NCBI GenBank assembly: GCA_964549615.1
Contig: CAZJVP010000051.1
Location: 32,001-96,000, forward strand
Length of the DNA stretch: 64,000 bases
Origin: an uncultured Thermococci archaeon
Lineage (GTDB): Archaea; CAYQAE01; CAYVLA01
Direction: 5' to 3'
Part shown: piece after piece, positions 9,866 to 19,851 of the stretch
Layout: each line of letters opens with the position of its first letter
Position numbering within the stretch: the first letter of the stretch is position 1
Made by a program: the position numbers and the translations under genes
The notes under the pieces: generated by a model
Seen by the model: the letters and a program-made list of their open reading frames with translations, nothing else
Told to the model about the DNA's origin: nothing
Databases searched by the model: none

Positions 9866-10347
9866 TCGGGAGAGCGCACGTGTTCGGCGACAACGTGAAC
9901 ACCGACGTCATAATACCGGCTGCCTACCTCAACACCTACGATCCCTTGATCTTGGGAAGGCATGCAATGGAGGGGATCGATCCTGGATTCAGCTCGAGAG
10001 TACGCAAGGGGGACATCATCGTTGCCGGAGCAAACTTCGGCTGCGGGTCAAGCAGGGAACATGCGGCGATCGCCATCAAGGCGTGCGGGATATCGGCCGT
10101 TGTTGCCTCCAGCTTCGCCCGGATATTCTTTCGGAATTCGATCAACATCGGCCTCCCTGCCCTAGTTGCGGAGGAGGCACGCTCGGTGAGGGAAGGGGAC
10201 GAGCTCGAGATCCTACTGGACGATGGTCTGATAAGGAACTTGACCAAGAACGAGGTGTACAGGTTCTCCCCGCTTCCGGAATTCGTCATCGAGATCCTCA
10301 GGGACGGAGGTTTGCTCGAGCATACAAGGAGAAGGCTTGGACGGTGA
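9862..10347 (+). CDS. leuD: 3-isopropylmalate dehydratase small subunit
   Basis: GDNVNTDVIIP, NFGCGSSREHA, SFARIFFRN; ATGA overlap with leuC. Confidence 0.92.
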   Translation: MIGRAHVFGDNVNTDVIIPAAYLNTYDPLILGRHAMEGIDPGFSSRVRKGDIIVAGANFGCGSSREHAAIAIKACGISAVVASSFARIFFRNSINIGLPALVAEEARSVREGDELEILLDDGLIRNLTKNEVYRFSPLPEFVIEILRDGGLLEHTRRRLGR

Positions 10348-11443
10348 TTGCATGTACAAGGTTGCCGTGGTCAGGGGCGATGGTATAGGCCCCGAGGTCA
10401 TCGAGGAAGGCCTCAAGGTGCTTCGCGCGGCTTCTGAGGCTTGTGGTCTGCAGTTCGACTTCGTGGAGGCTGATGTGGGGGGCGAAACCTATCTGAGGAC
10501 TGGAAAGGTCATTCCGGATTCCTCAAGGGACATATTGGATGAGTGTGACGCCATCTATTTCGGGGCGGTTGGCCTTGAGCCGCAGCGGCTCGAGCCCGGC
10601 ATCGCCGAGCAGGCGATCTTCCAGATCAGGTTCAGCTATGACCAGTACGTTAACCTTCGCCCGACCAAGCTTTACCCTGGCCTTGAGCAGTACATCCCGT
10701 TGAGGCCGGAGATCGCGGCCAACGGCATCGACATCCTCATCGTGCGGGAGAATACCGAGGGGCTGTACTGCAGGCAGGGCGGGGTGTTGCGCGGGGAATG
10801 CCCCAGCGGCGGAGATGTGGCGACCAACCTGATGGTCTACACGCGGAAGGGCGTCGAAAGGGTGATCAGATACGCCTTCGACCTAGCCCGCAGGAAGGGC
10901 AGGAGCAGGGTGACGAACGTGGACAAGGCAAATGTCCTGGTGTGCAGCCAGTTCTGGAGGTCCATATTCCAAAATATCGCGGCCTGCTATTCCGGCATCG
11001 AAATCGAGCACGCCTACGTCGACGCCTTCACGCAGTGGGTGTTGAGAAACCCCTCCCACTACCAGGTCGTCGTGACGGAGAACATGTTCGGGGACATAAT
11101 CTCAGACCTAGTTGCGCCCCTGTCAGGGAGCCTCGGGATGATGCCGGGAGGCAACATCTGCCCGGGTGGGAAATCGATGTTTGAGCCGATCCACGGCTCG
11201 GCTCCCCGCCTTGCAGGGAGGAACGTGGCGAACCCGATCGCGACGATACTGGCCGGAAAGATGATGCTTGAGGAAGCCTTTCATGAAGTGGAAGCGGCGA
11301 ACCTGATCGAAACGGCGGTCGCCAGTGTCCTCAGTGAGGGCAAGGTGAGGACGTATGATATCTGCGGGAAGAGGCCCGGCGAGGCCGCGACCACATCCCA
11401 GATGGGAGACGCCATTGCCAGGAAGGTGCGGGAACTGGGCTAG
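10337..11443 (+). CDS. leuB: 3-isopropylmalate dehydrogenase (isocitrate/isopropylmalate dehydrogenase family)
   Basis: [41 protein letters not shown]. Confidence 0.88.
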   Translation: MDGDCMYKVAVVRGDGIGPEVIEEGLKVLRAASEACGLQFDFVEADVGGETYLRTGKVIPDSSRDILDECDAIYFGAVGLEPQRLEPGIAEQAIFQIRFSYDQYVNLRPTKLYPGLEQYIPLRPEIAANGIDILIVRENTEGLYCRQGGVLRGECPSGGDVATNLMVYTRKGVERVIRYAFDLARRKGRSRVTNVDKANVLVCSQFWRSIFQNIAACYSGIEIEHAYVDAFTQWVLRNPSHYQVVVTENMFGDIISDLVAPLSGSLGMMPGGNICPGGKSMFEPIHGSAPRLAGRNVANPIATILAGKMMLEEAFHEVEAANLIETAVASVLSEGKVRTYDICGKRPGEAATTSQMGDAIARKVRELG

Positions 11444-12138
11444 CCGCCACAGATCCTCCTCTTCACGTTCGGGTCCGCCGCAGCCAGACGTCTCAGGACG
11501 TCCTCAAATGACTCGCCGGGCAGGAGCTCCCTCTTGAGATACACGCCCGTCCTTCCCACCGAGTCACGCCTCGAGAGGACCTCTATCCTCTCCTTGACGA
11601 TGTCCAGTCCAACCCCGATCTTCTTTGCCACCACGGCCTCCTGGCCCACGATGCTGGTTTCCACATGGCCGTCCGCCACTGGCTCGATGAGCATGAGTCG
11701 CTTGTCTACCCCAGGGGTTCTCAAGCCGCTCTCGATTCCCTCCAGGTCGAGGGCTCCTCCGAAGGCGTAAAACTGCTCCTCGACTGCAGTGGGCTTGACG
11801 AGCGGGAAGGTCACGGATACGTCATCCTCCAGGTAGATATGCCCCTTGATCAGGTGCCAAGGCGTCGCCTGGACGATCTCCCTCCTCAGGATGGGCAGCT
11901 CTCCCAGCGCGATCTCCACGACGTAGGACGGAACCTGGTGAAGCAAGACCACGTCCACGTCGCTCCTGCTATGCACGTCGCCCCTGGCGATGCTTCCGTG
12001 AACGTAGGGAGAGTGGTCGGCCAGCCTTCTCATGAGGAGCTTGGCACTTTCCCTCTTTTCCCTGAGAAGCGCCCAATGCGACTCCGAGTAGCGAACGATC
12101 CGCGTTGTTGGTCTTGAAACCGTCTTCTCCCTTACCAA
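11440..12138 (-). CDS. Archaeal Pol-beta-superfamily nucleotidyltransferase
   Basis: HGSIARGDV..SDVDV signature; GVDKRL and GRTGV motifs. Confidence 0.85.
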   Translation of the reverse strand: MVREKTVSRPTTRIVRYSESHWALLREKRESAKLLMRRLADHSPYVHGSIARGDVHSRSDVDVVLLHQVPSYVVEIALGELPILRREIVQATPWHLIKGHIYLEDDVSVTFPLVKPTAVEEQFYAFGGALDLEGIESGLRTPGVDKRLMLIEPVADGHVETSIVGQEAVVAKKIGVGLDIVKERIEVLSRRDSVGRTGVYLKRELLPGESFEDVLRRLAAADPNVKRRICGG

Positions 12139-12147
12139 CCAACCAGC

Positions 12148-12519
12148 CTATTCAGCCTTCTCTTTCGGTTCGAGTATGCTGAGGACGTCCTTCCAAGCGG
12201 CATGGAAGCCCTTCTCGTATTCCCTGACGAACGGCGCGTTCCTCCTTCTCCTGAACTCGCTGACCATCTCCCTCTTCTGTTTTCCGGTGAAACTTCCGGC
12301 GAGGATTCTGAAGATAAGGGAGTCGACGTTCTTCTCAAAGACCGAGATCCTCATCCCTTCAAGGGCCTTCCTATACCCCCGGCCAAACTCGGTATCCTTA
12401 AGCTTGATGGCCTCCAACGCGGCCTCCGCCCCCTTGGCGTCCTGGGACACTAGAGACGAAACGAACTTCGTCAAAGTCTCGACGTTGCTGGATCCACCCG
12501 CAAGTCTCCTGGCCGCCAT
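12148..12519 (-). CDS. Conserved hypothetical protein
   Basis: ORF directly upstream of the nucleotidyltransferase with repeated RGYxxALxG / KGFxxAW helices. Confidence 0.6.
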   Translation of the reverse strand: MAARRLAGGSSNVETLTKFVSSLVSQDAKGAEAALEAIKLKDTEFGRGYRKALEGMRISVFEKNVDSLIFRILAGSFTGKQKREMVSEFRRRRNAPFVREYEKGFHAAWKDVLSILEPKEKAE

Positions 12520-12563
12520 CGGATCGCTTTCCTTTAAGAAAGGGCTCATAAAAATTTGAGCGG

Positions 12564-13580
12564 ATGAGCATGTGTACGAAACTGCCCTTTGGCAAGGTTG
12601 ACCCGGAGTGCCTGACCAGGTACGTCTTCGACCGGTTGCCGCCTCCCTCGGAGAGGGTCGTCGTTGGCCCGTCCGTGGGCGAGGATGCGGCGATCATAGA
12701 TATGGGCGGGCTGGAGGGGACCTACATGGTGGTCTCGTCGGACCCGATTTCCGGCGCGGAGAGTGAGATCGGGCGATACGCGGTCCACGTCAACGCAAAC
12801 GACGTCGCCACCGCTGGGGCAAGGCCGTCCCTGTTTGCGACAAACCTGATGATGTCTAGGTCGGCGACGCCCAGAGATCTTAAGGTCCTGTTCGGCCAGA
12901 TCTGTGAGGAATGCGCGGCACTGGGGATATCGATAGTTGGAGGCCACACCGAGGTATCGCCGATCGATAGGACCATAGTCTCCTCGACGATGATCGGGTT
13001 CGTCGCGCGGGATGCACTGGCTCGCAGGCCCATCGAACCCGGGGACGTGCTGATCCTAACCAAGGGGGCGGGGATAGAGGGCACCTCGATAGTGGCGTCG
13101 AAGAGGGGGGAGGAGCTCGCCCGTCTTCTCGGACGCGGTTTGATCAGGCGCGCCCGGGCCTTCTCACGCAAGATCAGCGTGGTGCCCGAGGCGATGATCG
13201 CGGCTGAAGAACGGGTCAAGAGGATGCACGACCCGACCGAAGGAGGGGTTCTCGGCGGCCTATTGGAGATGTGCGTGGCGAGCCGAATCTCGGCTCGCGT
13301 TGATCCCGCAAGGATTCCGATCGCCCCGGAAACGAAGGCAATTTGCGAACGCCTTGGCATCGACCCGCTGAAGCTGATAGGCTCCGGCAGCCTGCTCTGC
13401 ATTTTCTCGTCCCAGGCGGCGCGGAGGGTGCAACGAAGGTTCAGCAAAGCCGGGATTCCTTCAGCGCGGATAGGGATAGTGGAGAAGGTAGGCAAACCCA
13501 AGCTCGTGCTGATCGCTGAGTCTGGCGAGGAGGAGCTGAAGCAGTTCCCGCCCGACGAGCTCTGGGGCGCTATACTGTAG
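12564..13580 (+). CDS. AIR synthase-related (PurM/HypE/ThiL fold) protein
   Basis: GEDAA, SSDP, NANDVA, GGHTE, MHDPTEGG. Confidence 0.88.
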   Translation: MSMCTKLPFGKVDPECLTRYVFDRLPPPSERVVVGPSVGEDAAIIDMGGLEGTYMVVSSDPISGAESEIGRYAVHVNANDVATAGARPSLFATNLMMSRSATPRDLKVLFGQICEECAALGISIVGGHTEVSPIDRTIVSSTMIGFVARDALARRPIEPGDVLILTKGAGIEGTSIVASKRGEELARLLGRGLIRRARAFSRKISVVPEAMIAAEERVKRMHDPTEGGVLGGLLEMCVASRISARVDPARIPIAPETKAICERLGIDPLKLIGSGSLLCIFSSQAARRVQRRFSKAGIPSARIGIVEKVGKPKLVLIAESGEEELKQFPPDELWGAIL

Positions 13581-14976
13581 GCTGCACGCGTGCGCCCGGG
13601 CCCCTTAGCTTGCCCTTGGCGGCGTCGTCGGCAACGGCCAAAGCTTTCTCGTAGAGCTTCTTATCAATGAATCCCTGGCTGACCAGGTCTATCAGGCTGG
13701 TCTCGTCGATGATCTCCGTCTTTCCTGAAGGCCTGATCACGACGTCTATCTCCAGGTCGATGTAGCGAACCTTTCCGGGATAGAACTCAACGGGGGTGTT
13801 TATGTTGATGAGTCTGCCCTTCAGGAGGTCCGCGGCCGAGTAGTAGGAGTTCACATAGTACCATTCGCCCCGTACCATCTCGGTGATCGCGTAATCGCCC
13901 TCCTCGATGTCCACGTTCAAGCCGTCATATCTTCCGCTGCCCACCATCTTCCTCCTCAGTACCAGCCGGTCTTCTCCCAGTTCCTGGACGAGGCCTTTGA
14001 GGTGGATGGTCTGGCCATCGGCCTTGACATGCTCCACCGTGTAGAAGTACGTGTCCAGCCTGCTGAAGATGGCCTCCTTCAGCGCCTTGTTTGCCTCATC
14101 CCTGCCAACCTTCTCCATCAACTTCTCAGCCACGTCGACCGCCACAGAGTACGTCTCGCCCATGGACTTTATCGCGTGGTGGTTCTCCACCGTGGGAGCA
14201 ACGGAGGATCTAAGCTCATCCAGCTTGCGCCTCGCCTCGCCACCGAACTCAAAGGAGATGAACTCCTCTCCGGAATAGAGCGGGTTGGACAGGGACATCT
14301 CGACCTCGTCGGCGGCCCTTCTGAGGTTGTCGACGTCCTGGGCAAGTTGCTGCGGATCAGCTCCTTCAGCTGCAGTTCTCCAGAGCAGGCCCCACCCTTC
14401 AGGCTTCAGCTGCTTGCCCAGGGCGATGAGCTCGTCTCGCTTCGGCCCCTTGATCTTCTTGCTTACCTTCACCCCGTCGTCCGAGAGCAAGACCGCGTAC
14501 TTGCCCGGAAGGTTTATCTTCATGTCCAGGACGGGCTTCTTCCCGCCCATGGGGATGGATCTGATCTGCACCTTGATGTCCTCGTCCTCCTTGATGACGC
14601 GCGTTGTGTTGGAGAACGGTAGGTAGCCGACCTCGTCGTCGATATCGACGAAGGCAGCTTTCAGCCTGCTGTCAACCTTCTGCACAGTGCCAAGGTAGAC
14701 CGCGTTGAGATTGATCTTGGAGTCGCGCTTCACGATGTCGAGGAAGCTTTCGATCAGCGCGTCCTTGACCGCCGAGACCGCCTCCAGTTCCCCGGATACC
14801 ACTATGCCGCTTCCGTCCTCGGTGCTGTTTATCTCAGCCCCCGCCGGGGAGAGGTCCCGGTCCGATTCGAATTTCTGGGCCAGCTCCTCGGAGGCCTGGC
14901 TGAGCGTGAAGCCCTTCTCAAGGAACAGCTTGGAGAGTGCGGTCGAGTATATGCCCCTTATTCGCACGGACGTCAA
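13570..14976 (-). CDS. RNA-binding protein/ribonuclease FAU-1
   Basis: VRIRGIYSTALS start, RNase E/G-like S1 region, WRTAA, HHxIK, and DUF402 C-terminus (NINTPVE, YIDLEIDV). Confidence 0.9.
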   Translation of the reverse strand: MTSVRIRGIYSTALSKLFLEKGFTLSQASEELAQKFESDRDLSPAGAEINSTEDGSGIVVSGELEAVSAVKDALIESFLDIVKRDSKINLNAVYLGTVQKVDSRLKAAFVDIDDEVGYLPFSNTTRVIKEDEDIKVQIRSIPMGGKKPVLDMKINLPGKYAVLLSDDGVKVSKKIKGPKRDELIALGKQLKPEGWGLLWRTAAEGADPQQLAQDVDNLRRAADEVEMSLSNPLYSGEEFISFEFGGEARRKLDELRSSVAPTVENHHAIKSMGETYSVAVDVAEKLMEKVGRDEANKALKEAIFSRLDTYFYTVEHVKADGQTIHLKGLVQELGEDRLVLRRKMVGSGRYDGLNVDIEEGDYAITEMVRGEWYYVNSYYSAADLLKGRLININTPVEFYPGKVRYIDLEIDVVIRPSGKTEIIDETSLIDLVSQGFIDKKLYEKALAVADDAAKGKLRGPGARVQPTV

Positions 14977-14992
14977 TGTTCCACCACCGGTG

Positions 14993-15118
14993 TGGGGGGG
15001 CCGGGATTCTCAGAGAAAACCTTGGTTTTCGTCTTTTGAACCCGAGTCGCCGGCTCCCATTCGGCGATTCTAAGCCGGAAGGGTGTCCAAGTTATGGACC
15101 AGACTACCCTACCCCCCC
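14993..15118 (-). tRNA. tRNA-Pro(UGG) with three introns (D-arm ~22/23: 15083..15093; 33/34: 15060..15071; 59/60: 15007..15034)
   Basis: Removing 11, 12 and 28 nt at BHB-type junctions (GTCC/GGAC, CGGC/GCCG, TTCA/TGAG) gives the 75-nt GGGGGGGTAGGGTAGTCTGGTCCATCCTTCCGGCTTTGGGAGCCGGCGACTCGGGTTCAAATCCCGGCCCCCCCA. Confidence 0.92.
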
Positions 15119-15151
15119 GGGTCTCTTTGTGGTCCGGCTTGGAGCCGGCTG

Positions 15152-15161
15152 GTATAAAAAT
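15152..15161 (-). promoter_or_regulatory. TATA box of tRNA-Pro (possibly also driving FAU-1)
   Basis: Minus-strand TTTTTATAC about 35 nt upstream of the tRNA 5' end. Confidence 0.6.
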
Positions 15162-15397
15162 TCTATCATGGGCAGGCCTTCAGGGCGGATTTCACCTTCC
15201 TTGGTCGATGCTGCCCTGCTGAGCATGCCTTCGCGAAGGACATGCCATCTCATAGCCGTCAGGTTGGGCACCAACGACCTGGCTGGGCATTTGTGGGGCT
15301 CGCGCGTGGCCTCTTGAGATCGCGGAAGCGGAGGAGCGATTTATCAACGCTCGGTCGGCCTAATCGACAGTTCCTCACATTCATCTTCGGTGATGCC

Positions 15398-15790
15398 GTG
15401 GCCATCTACCAGGGTAAGTCCGGAAGGAAGAGCACGGGCGGAAGGTACAAGCCCCACCACAAGAAGCGTCGGTTCGAGCTGGGCAGGTTCCCGGCTGAGA
15501 CGCGGATAGGGGAAAGGAAGCTGCGGATCATAAGGACCAGGGGGGGCAACATCAAGCAGAGGCTGATGGCCTCACAGTTCGCCAACCTCGTGGAATCCCC
15601 GGGCCAGAAGGCGAGGCTGGTCAAGATCCTCACCGTGAAGGACAATCCCGCCAGCCGGGATTTCACAAGGAGGAACATCATCACGAAGGGAGCCATAATC
15701 GAGACGGAGGCCGGGCTGGCCCGCGTGACGTCCCGGCCCGGGCAGGACGGCGTGGTGAACGCCGTCAAGGTTGAAGCGAAAAACGCCTAG
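15398..15790 (+). CDS. rps8e: 30S ribosomal protein S8e
   Basis: [46 protein letters not shown]; GTG start after a GGTGA ribosome-binding site. Confidence 0.97.
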   Translation: MAIYQGKSGRKSTGGRYKPHHKKRRFELGRFPAETRIGERKLRIIRTRGGNIKQRLMASQFANLVESPGQKARLVKILTVKDNPASRDFTRRNIITKGAIIETEAGLARVTSRPGQDGVVNAVKVEAKNA

Positions 15791-16680
15791 GGTCTTATCC
15801 CCAGCTCGTCGATGGTCAACAGCGGCATCAGCTCGATCCCGAACTTTGACCTCAACAGCTCGGCTGCGCCCTCCTTTCTGTCCACAACGCAGGTTACCCT
15901 GACGACCCTGGCCCCCGCTGCCTGGATCGTCTCCACGCAACCCACCAGGGACCCTCCTGTGGTCGCAACATCATCGATCAGGAGCACCCTGTCTCCCTTG
16001 CCCATCTCCCCCTCCACCCGCTGCTGGGTGCCATGGGCCCTCTCGCCCTTCCTTATCATCGCGTAGGGCAGGTTTCCCCTCATCGCTACAGCGACGACCA
16101 GGGGTACGGCGCCAAGCTCGGGCCCCGCGACCATGTCGATATCCTTGAGGTAGAGTGCTTCGATGAGCCTGGAAACGAGTGAAAGAGTCCGGGGGCGTGT
16201 GATTATCCTCTTCATGTTCAGATAGTAGGTGCTCTTTCTACCTGAGGTCAGGGTGAAATCGCCGAACAAGAGGGCGTCCTGCCTCGTGATTCGTATCAGC
16301 TCCTCCTTGAGTTCATCCACGCCCAGAATTTCGTACTCGTCGTAGCAGGAGGTATATCCTTTGTGGCACGCGGGCCCGGCCTGCTCGACATCCAGCAGAA
16401 TCGAGTCTCCGTCGCAGTCGATCTTCAGACCCTTGAGGGCCTGCGTCGACCCGCTTTCCTCTCCCTTCACCCACAGTTTCCGCCTGCTCGTGCTCCAGTA
16501 GGTCACCTTTCCGGTGGTCAGGGTTGCGAGGACGGCCGCCCTGTCCATGTAGGCCTGCATGAGGATTTGGCCGGTTGCCCAATCTCGAGCGATCGCTACC
16601 ACAAGATCATTTTCCGCCAGCCTGCGCTTGAAATCGAGCCTTTCGAGCACCTTGTTGGCTTCCTGCGTGGAAAGCTTCAT
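15787..16680 (-). CDS. Fusion of phosphoribosyl-AMP cyclohydrolase (HisI) and orotate phosphoribosyltransferase (PyrE)
   Basis: N-terminal half has [22 protein letters not shown] and [11 protein letters not shown]-terminal half has [22 protein letters not shown] and [10 protein letters not shown]. One continuous frame. Confidence 0.9.
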   Translation of the reverse strand: MKLSTQEANKVLERLDFKRRLAENDLVVAIARDWATGQILMQAYMDRAAVLATLTTGKVTYWSTSRRKLWVKGEESGSTQALKGLKIDCDGDSILLDVEQAGPACHKGYTSCYDEYEILGVDELKEELIRITRQDALLFGDFTLTSGRKSTYYLNMKRIITRPRTLSLVSRLIEALYLKDIDMVAGPELGAVPLVVAVAMRGNLPYAMIRKGERAHGTQQRVEGEMGKGDRVLLIDDVATTGGSLVGCVETIQAAGARVVRVTCVVDRKEGAAELLRSKFGIELMPLLTIDELGIRP

Positions 16681-16897
16681 TGTCCCGCCTTTGCCGACAG
16701 GATGATTTAACGCTTTTCGACCTCGAGCTGGTCGCGTTCTAAAGATCTGCCTGCGTCTTCTCCCTAAGGCGGATCTGGCGAAATGCGAAAGGAATGATCT
16801 CTGCTTCGGCCCTGGCGCCTTCACAGTTAAGAGACGCGTTGCGTGACACGGATCGTTGGCTTGCTCTAATCGCGATCTTGGTGGAAGTCATCATGCA

Positions 16898-17887
16898 ATG
16901 CTGGGGTGGATTTCGGCCCGGTTGAAGCGGAGGAAGTCCAAGATCGCTGTGGCTCTGATCTTGATCGTGCTGATCGGACCGTTTCTCGTTCCGGTACCGC
17001 CCCTCAAAGACACGGTCCCTCCGCTAGAGCTTGCCGATCCAGACAGTCTCTTCGCGGATGTGAACGGGATATCGGTGCACTACAAGATGCGCGGCAGCGG
17101 CAAGCCCGCCATCGTACTGCTCCACGGCTTCGGCGCCAGCCTCTTTTCATGGAGGGAAGTCCTTCTTCCCCTTGCGCAGAACCACACGGTGGTTGCATTC
17201 GACAGGCCTGCCTTCGGCCTCACGGAGAGACCGCTTCGTGGGGATTGGGTCGGCGAGAACCCATACACCGCTGAGGCCCAGGTCAGGTTAACTTTTTCCC
17301 TCATGGACAGGCTGGGTATCGAGAAGGCTGTGATCGTAGGACACTCAGCAGGAAGTGCGATTGCTCTCTTAGCTGCCTTGGAGTTCCCGGCTAGGGTGCA
17401 GGCCCTAGTGTTGGTGGATCCCGCCTTGGGGTCGGGGCATGGGGGCTCCTTGATCCGCGCGCTCTGCAGCGTGCCCCAGATCCGACGTCTGGCTCCTCTG
17501 TTCGTGCGATCCATCCGGAGCTGGGGCAAGAGGATTCTCGTGCGGTCCTGGCATAACTCGTCGCGCATAACTGAAGAGATAATGGCTGGATATACGAAGC
17601 CTCTCCGCGCAAAAGACTGGGATCTGGGGCTCCTGGAGTTCGCGCTTGCAGCAAGGCCCACCAAGATCAGAGAGAAGCTTTCGTCCATCGCCCTGCCGGT
17701 CCTGGTAGTCACGGGAGACGACGATCGCGTGGTGGCGCCGGAGGAGAGTGCCCGCCTGGCGCAGGAGATGCCCAATGCCAGGTTGGCCGTGATTCCGCGT
17801 TGTGGCCATATCCCTCAAGAGGAATGTCCCCTCGCTTTCCTTGAGGCGGTGCAAGACTTCCTGCGGCGGCTGCCGTGCGTGCCATGA
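16898..17887 (+). CDS. Membrane-anchored alpha/beta hydrolase
   Basis: LLHGFG, GHSAG nucleophile elbow, GDDD and GH catalytic residues; N-terminal TM. Confidence 0.9.
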   Translation: MLGWISARLKRRKSKIAVALILIVLIGPFLVPVPPLKDTVPPLELADPDSLFADVNGISVHYKMRGSGKPAIVLLHGFGASLFSWREVLLPLAQNHTVVAFDRPAFGLTERPLRGDWVGENPYTAEAQVRLTFSLMDRLGIEKAVIVGHSAGSAIALLAALEFPARVQALVLVDPALGSGHGGSLIRALCSVPQIRRLAPLFVRSIRSWGKRILVRSWHNSSRITEEIMAGYTKPLRAKDWDLGLLEFALAARPTKIREKLSSIALPVLVVTGDDDRVVAPEESARLAQEMPNARLAVIPRCGHIPQEECPLAFLEAVQDFLRRLPCVP

Positions 17888-18013
17888 GATCCCGAAATCG
17901 CTCGACGGTTTGGTTCGCGGGATGTAACGGGCTTAACCACGGAGAGTCGTTCTGTGGGATCCCTACGTCTTCATGGGCGGGGTCCGGCTCGGGTAGGCAG
18001 GAACTGAACTCTG

Positions 18014-18026
18014 GAAAAATTTAAAT
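18014..18026 (+). promoter_or_regulatory. BRE + TATA box of tRNA-Phe
   Basis: GAAAAA-TTTAAAT about 25-35 nt upstream of the tRNA. Confidence 0.7.
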
Positions 18027-18050
18027 CAAATTCTGCCCCGGCCTAGCTAG

Positions 18051-18143
18051 GCCGAGGTAGCTCAGAGGGAGAGCGCCGGACTGAAGGCCTTCGAACAGGG
18101 GTCCGACATCCGGGTGTCGCGAGTTCGATTCTCGCCCTCGGCA
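18051..18143 (+). tRNA. tRNA-Phe(GAA) with canonical 37/38 intron (18087..18107, 21 nt)
   Basis: GCCGAGG/CCTCGGC acceptor stem, CCGGA-CTGAAG[intron]A-TCCGG, T-arm GCGAG-TTCGATT-CTCGC. Confidence 0.93.
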
Positions 18144-18181
18144 CTCTTTCTTCAGAGCTCTGCCAGGCCTCCGGTCCGAAA

Positions 18182-19795
18182 CTACGACACCAGCGTGACT
18201 CCGGGTATCAGCGGTATGTCTATCCCTTTGCGGAAGAAGCGCATCGAGTGCTCGTAGATCCCTTTCTCCGTGAACATCATCCTGATCCAGGTGCTTGGCC
18301 TGCAGAAGACGCCCCAAGGTAGCTTGAAGGGAGGCCCTCTCCTGATGTCCCAAAGCCTTCGGACGGGCCCTTTGCCGTCGATCTCCATCAGGTCGTAGCT
18401 CAGCCTCCTGTAGTCCCACTCCCCGCCAGTGAGGTCGGAGGCGAGCTTGATCCACCAGGGCGGGGAGCTGTCCTTGATGAGCGGCTCGGGGTCGCAGTCG
18501 AACTTCTTCCCGAACTCCCGGGACACGTCCATCATCCTGCCCGGCCAGTCCCGGTTGCCGATGCCGGTCATGATGTTGATGGCCGCCGTCTCCACCGCGA
18601 TCGGGTCCTTGCTTGCGCACGCGAAGCCGCCGAACTTGCGGGCGCCGAAGATGAGCGGTCCCTCGCCTTCCTGGCCGACGATCCCCGACAGGAGCCCGAA
18701 GCTCTTGGTCCCGTTCTTCGCCAGGAGATTGTGGACGGTTCCATTCAGGCTGGCCGCCCGGCTGGCCACGTAGCTCATGGCCATGATGAGGGTGACGAGG
18801 TTGTTTCCCTCAAGATGGTGGGGGTCGACCTGCATCAGCCACTGGCCTTCCTCTTTGTAGGCCTTCATGGGGGAGGTGGATTCCATCCCGTTCGTCACGA
18901 TGACCTCCCTTGACTTGGTCTCTTTCAGCTTCCTGACGCGCAGCACCTCGTACTTTATCTCCGGGTCGGGCGTGAAGTCGAAGGCCTCTGACGCCTTCTT
19001 CTGGTCGAAGTAGGCGAAGGGCATGCCGTGGGCGTGCCACCTGTTCTGTTTGGGGTTCCACCCGATCGCCGAATTCTTGACGCACAGCGTGTACATGGTG
19101 TTGTTATGCATCTTGGCAATGGGCAGGTTGAGGAAGTAGTTGTACTTCTCCTCCAGGAGGGACTGCGGGATCCGCGTCTTGGTGAAGAATCCCAGGTCGT
19201 TTCCCTTCGTCTCCAGGGGGTACTCGACCAATGGCTCCTCCTCGGCATAAAGGTCGATGAAGTAGACCTTGCCCTCGTACCCGGGCCTTGAGAAGACGTG
19301 CGCGTATCCATTTTCCAGGAAAGCCCTTGGGGTGCCTCCCTCCCACAACATCGTCTCGCCCAGGTGTACCTCTCCCACCCGCATATCGAGCAGCGCATCG
19401 ATCGCGCCCGCAACTACCGCCGGCTGCGTTGCGATCGGCTGCAGGTCAGGGTCGGTGACTATCTTGTTCCTTGCCAATATGGGCCTGCACAGCGGGCTGT
19501 TGTAGAAGACGCCTACGAATCCGGTATTGTTCGGCTTGACGAGGACCTTCGCCCCGTCAACCGGCTCATCCTTGAAAAGTTCCCTCGTGAGCAGATAGGA
19601 GGCGGCATAGTTTGCCGAGACCGGTTCCCGCCTGCCTGCGCTGACGAGATGAACGGTGGTCTTGCCCGAACCGAGGGACTTGACCTCCCTGGGTTTGATC
19701 TCCCTCGGTTTCCTGTACTTGGAAACGTTGACCTTGGGGACCAGCCATCCTTCCTGAGGTTTCAGCCATTCCTTTGGGTCATGCTTTGTGAACAA
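18182..19795 (-). CDS. DUF362-like domain protein
   Basis: VLVKPN, TQPAVV, NLPIAKMH, TLCVKN, GQEGEGP and SKDPIAV motifs. Confidence 0.75.
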   Translation of the reverse strand: MFTKHDPKEWLKPQEGWLVPKVNVSKYRKPREIKPREVKSLGSGKTTVHLVSAGRREPVSANYAASYLLTRELFKDEPVDGAKVLVKPNNTGFVGVFYNSPLCRPILARNKIVTDPDLQPIATQPAVVAGAIDALLDMRVGEVHLGETMLWEGGTPRAFLENGYAHVFSRPGYEGKVYFIDLYAEEEPLVEYPLETKGNDLGFFTKTRIPQSLLEEKYNYFLNLPIAKMHNNTMYTLCVKNSAIGWNPKQNRWHAHGMPFAYFDQKKASEAFDFTPDPEIKYEVLRVRKLKETKSREVIVTNGMESTSPMKAYKEEGQWLMQVDPHHLEGNNLVTLIMAMSYVASRAASLNGTVHNLLAKNGTKSFGLLSGIVGQEGEGPLIFGARKFGGFACASKDPIAVETAAINIMTGIGNRDWPGRMMDVSREFGKKFDCDPEPLIKDSSPPWWIKLASDLTGGEWDYRRLSYDLMEIDGKGPVRRLWDIRRGPPFKLPWGVFCRPSTWIRMMFTEKGIYEHSMRFFRKGIDIPLIPGVTLVS

Positions 19796-19851
19796 TCTCC
19801 GTCGCCTCCTGCATGCTTCCGGTTGATGCGCAATCCAGAGTTAGATAAGTG

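Noticed and set aside
15160-15397. SRP or RNase P RNA upstream of rps8e
   Set aside because: No SRP helix-8 or RNase P P4 consensus recognisable.
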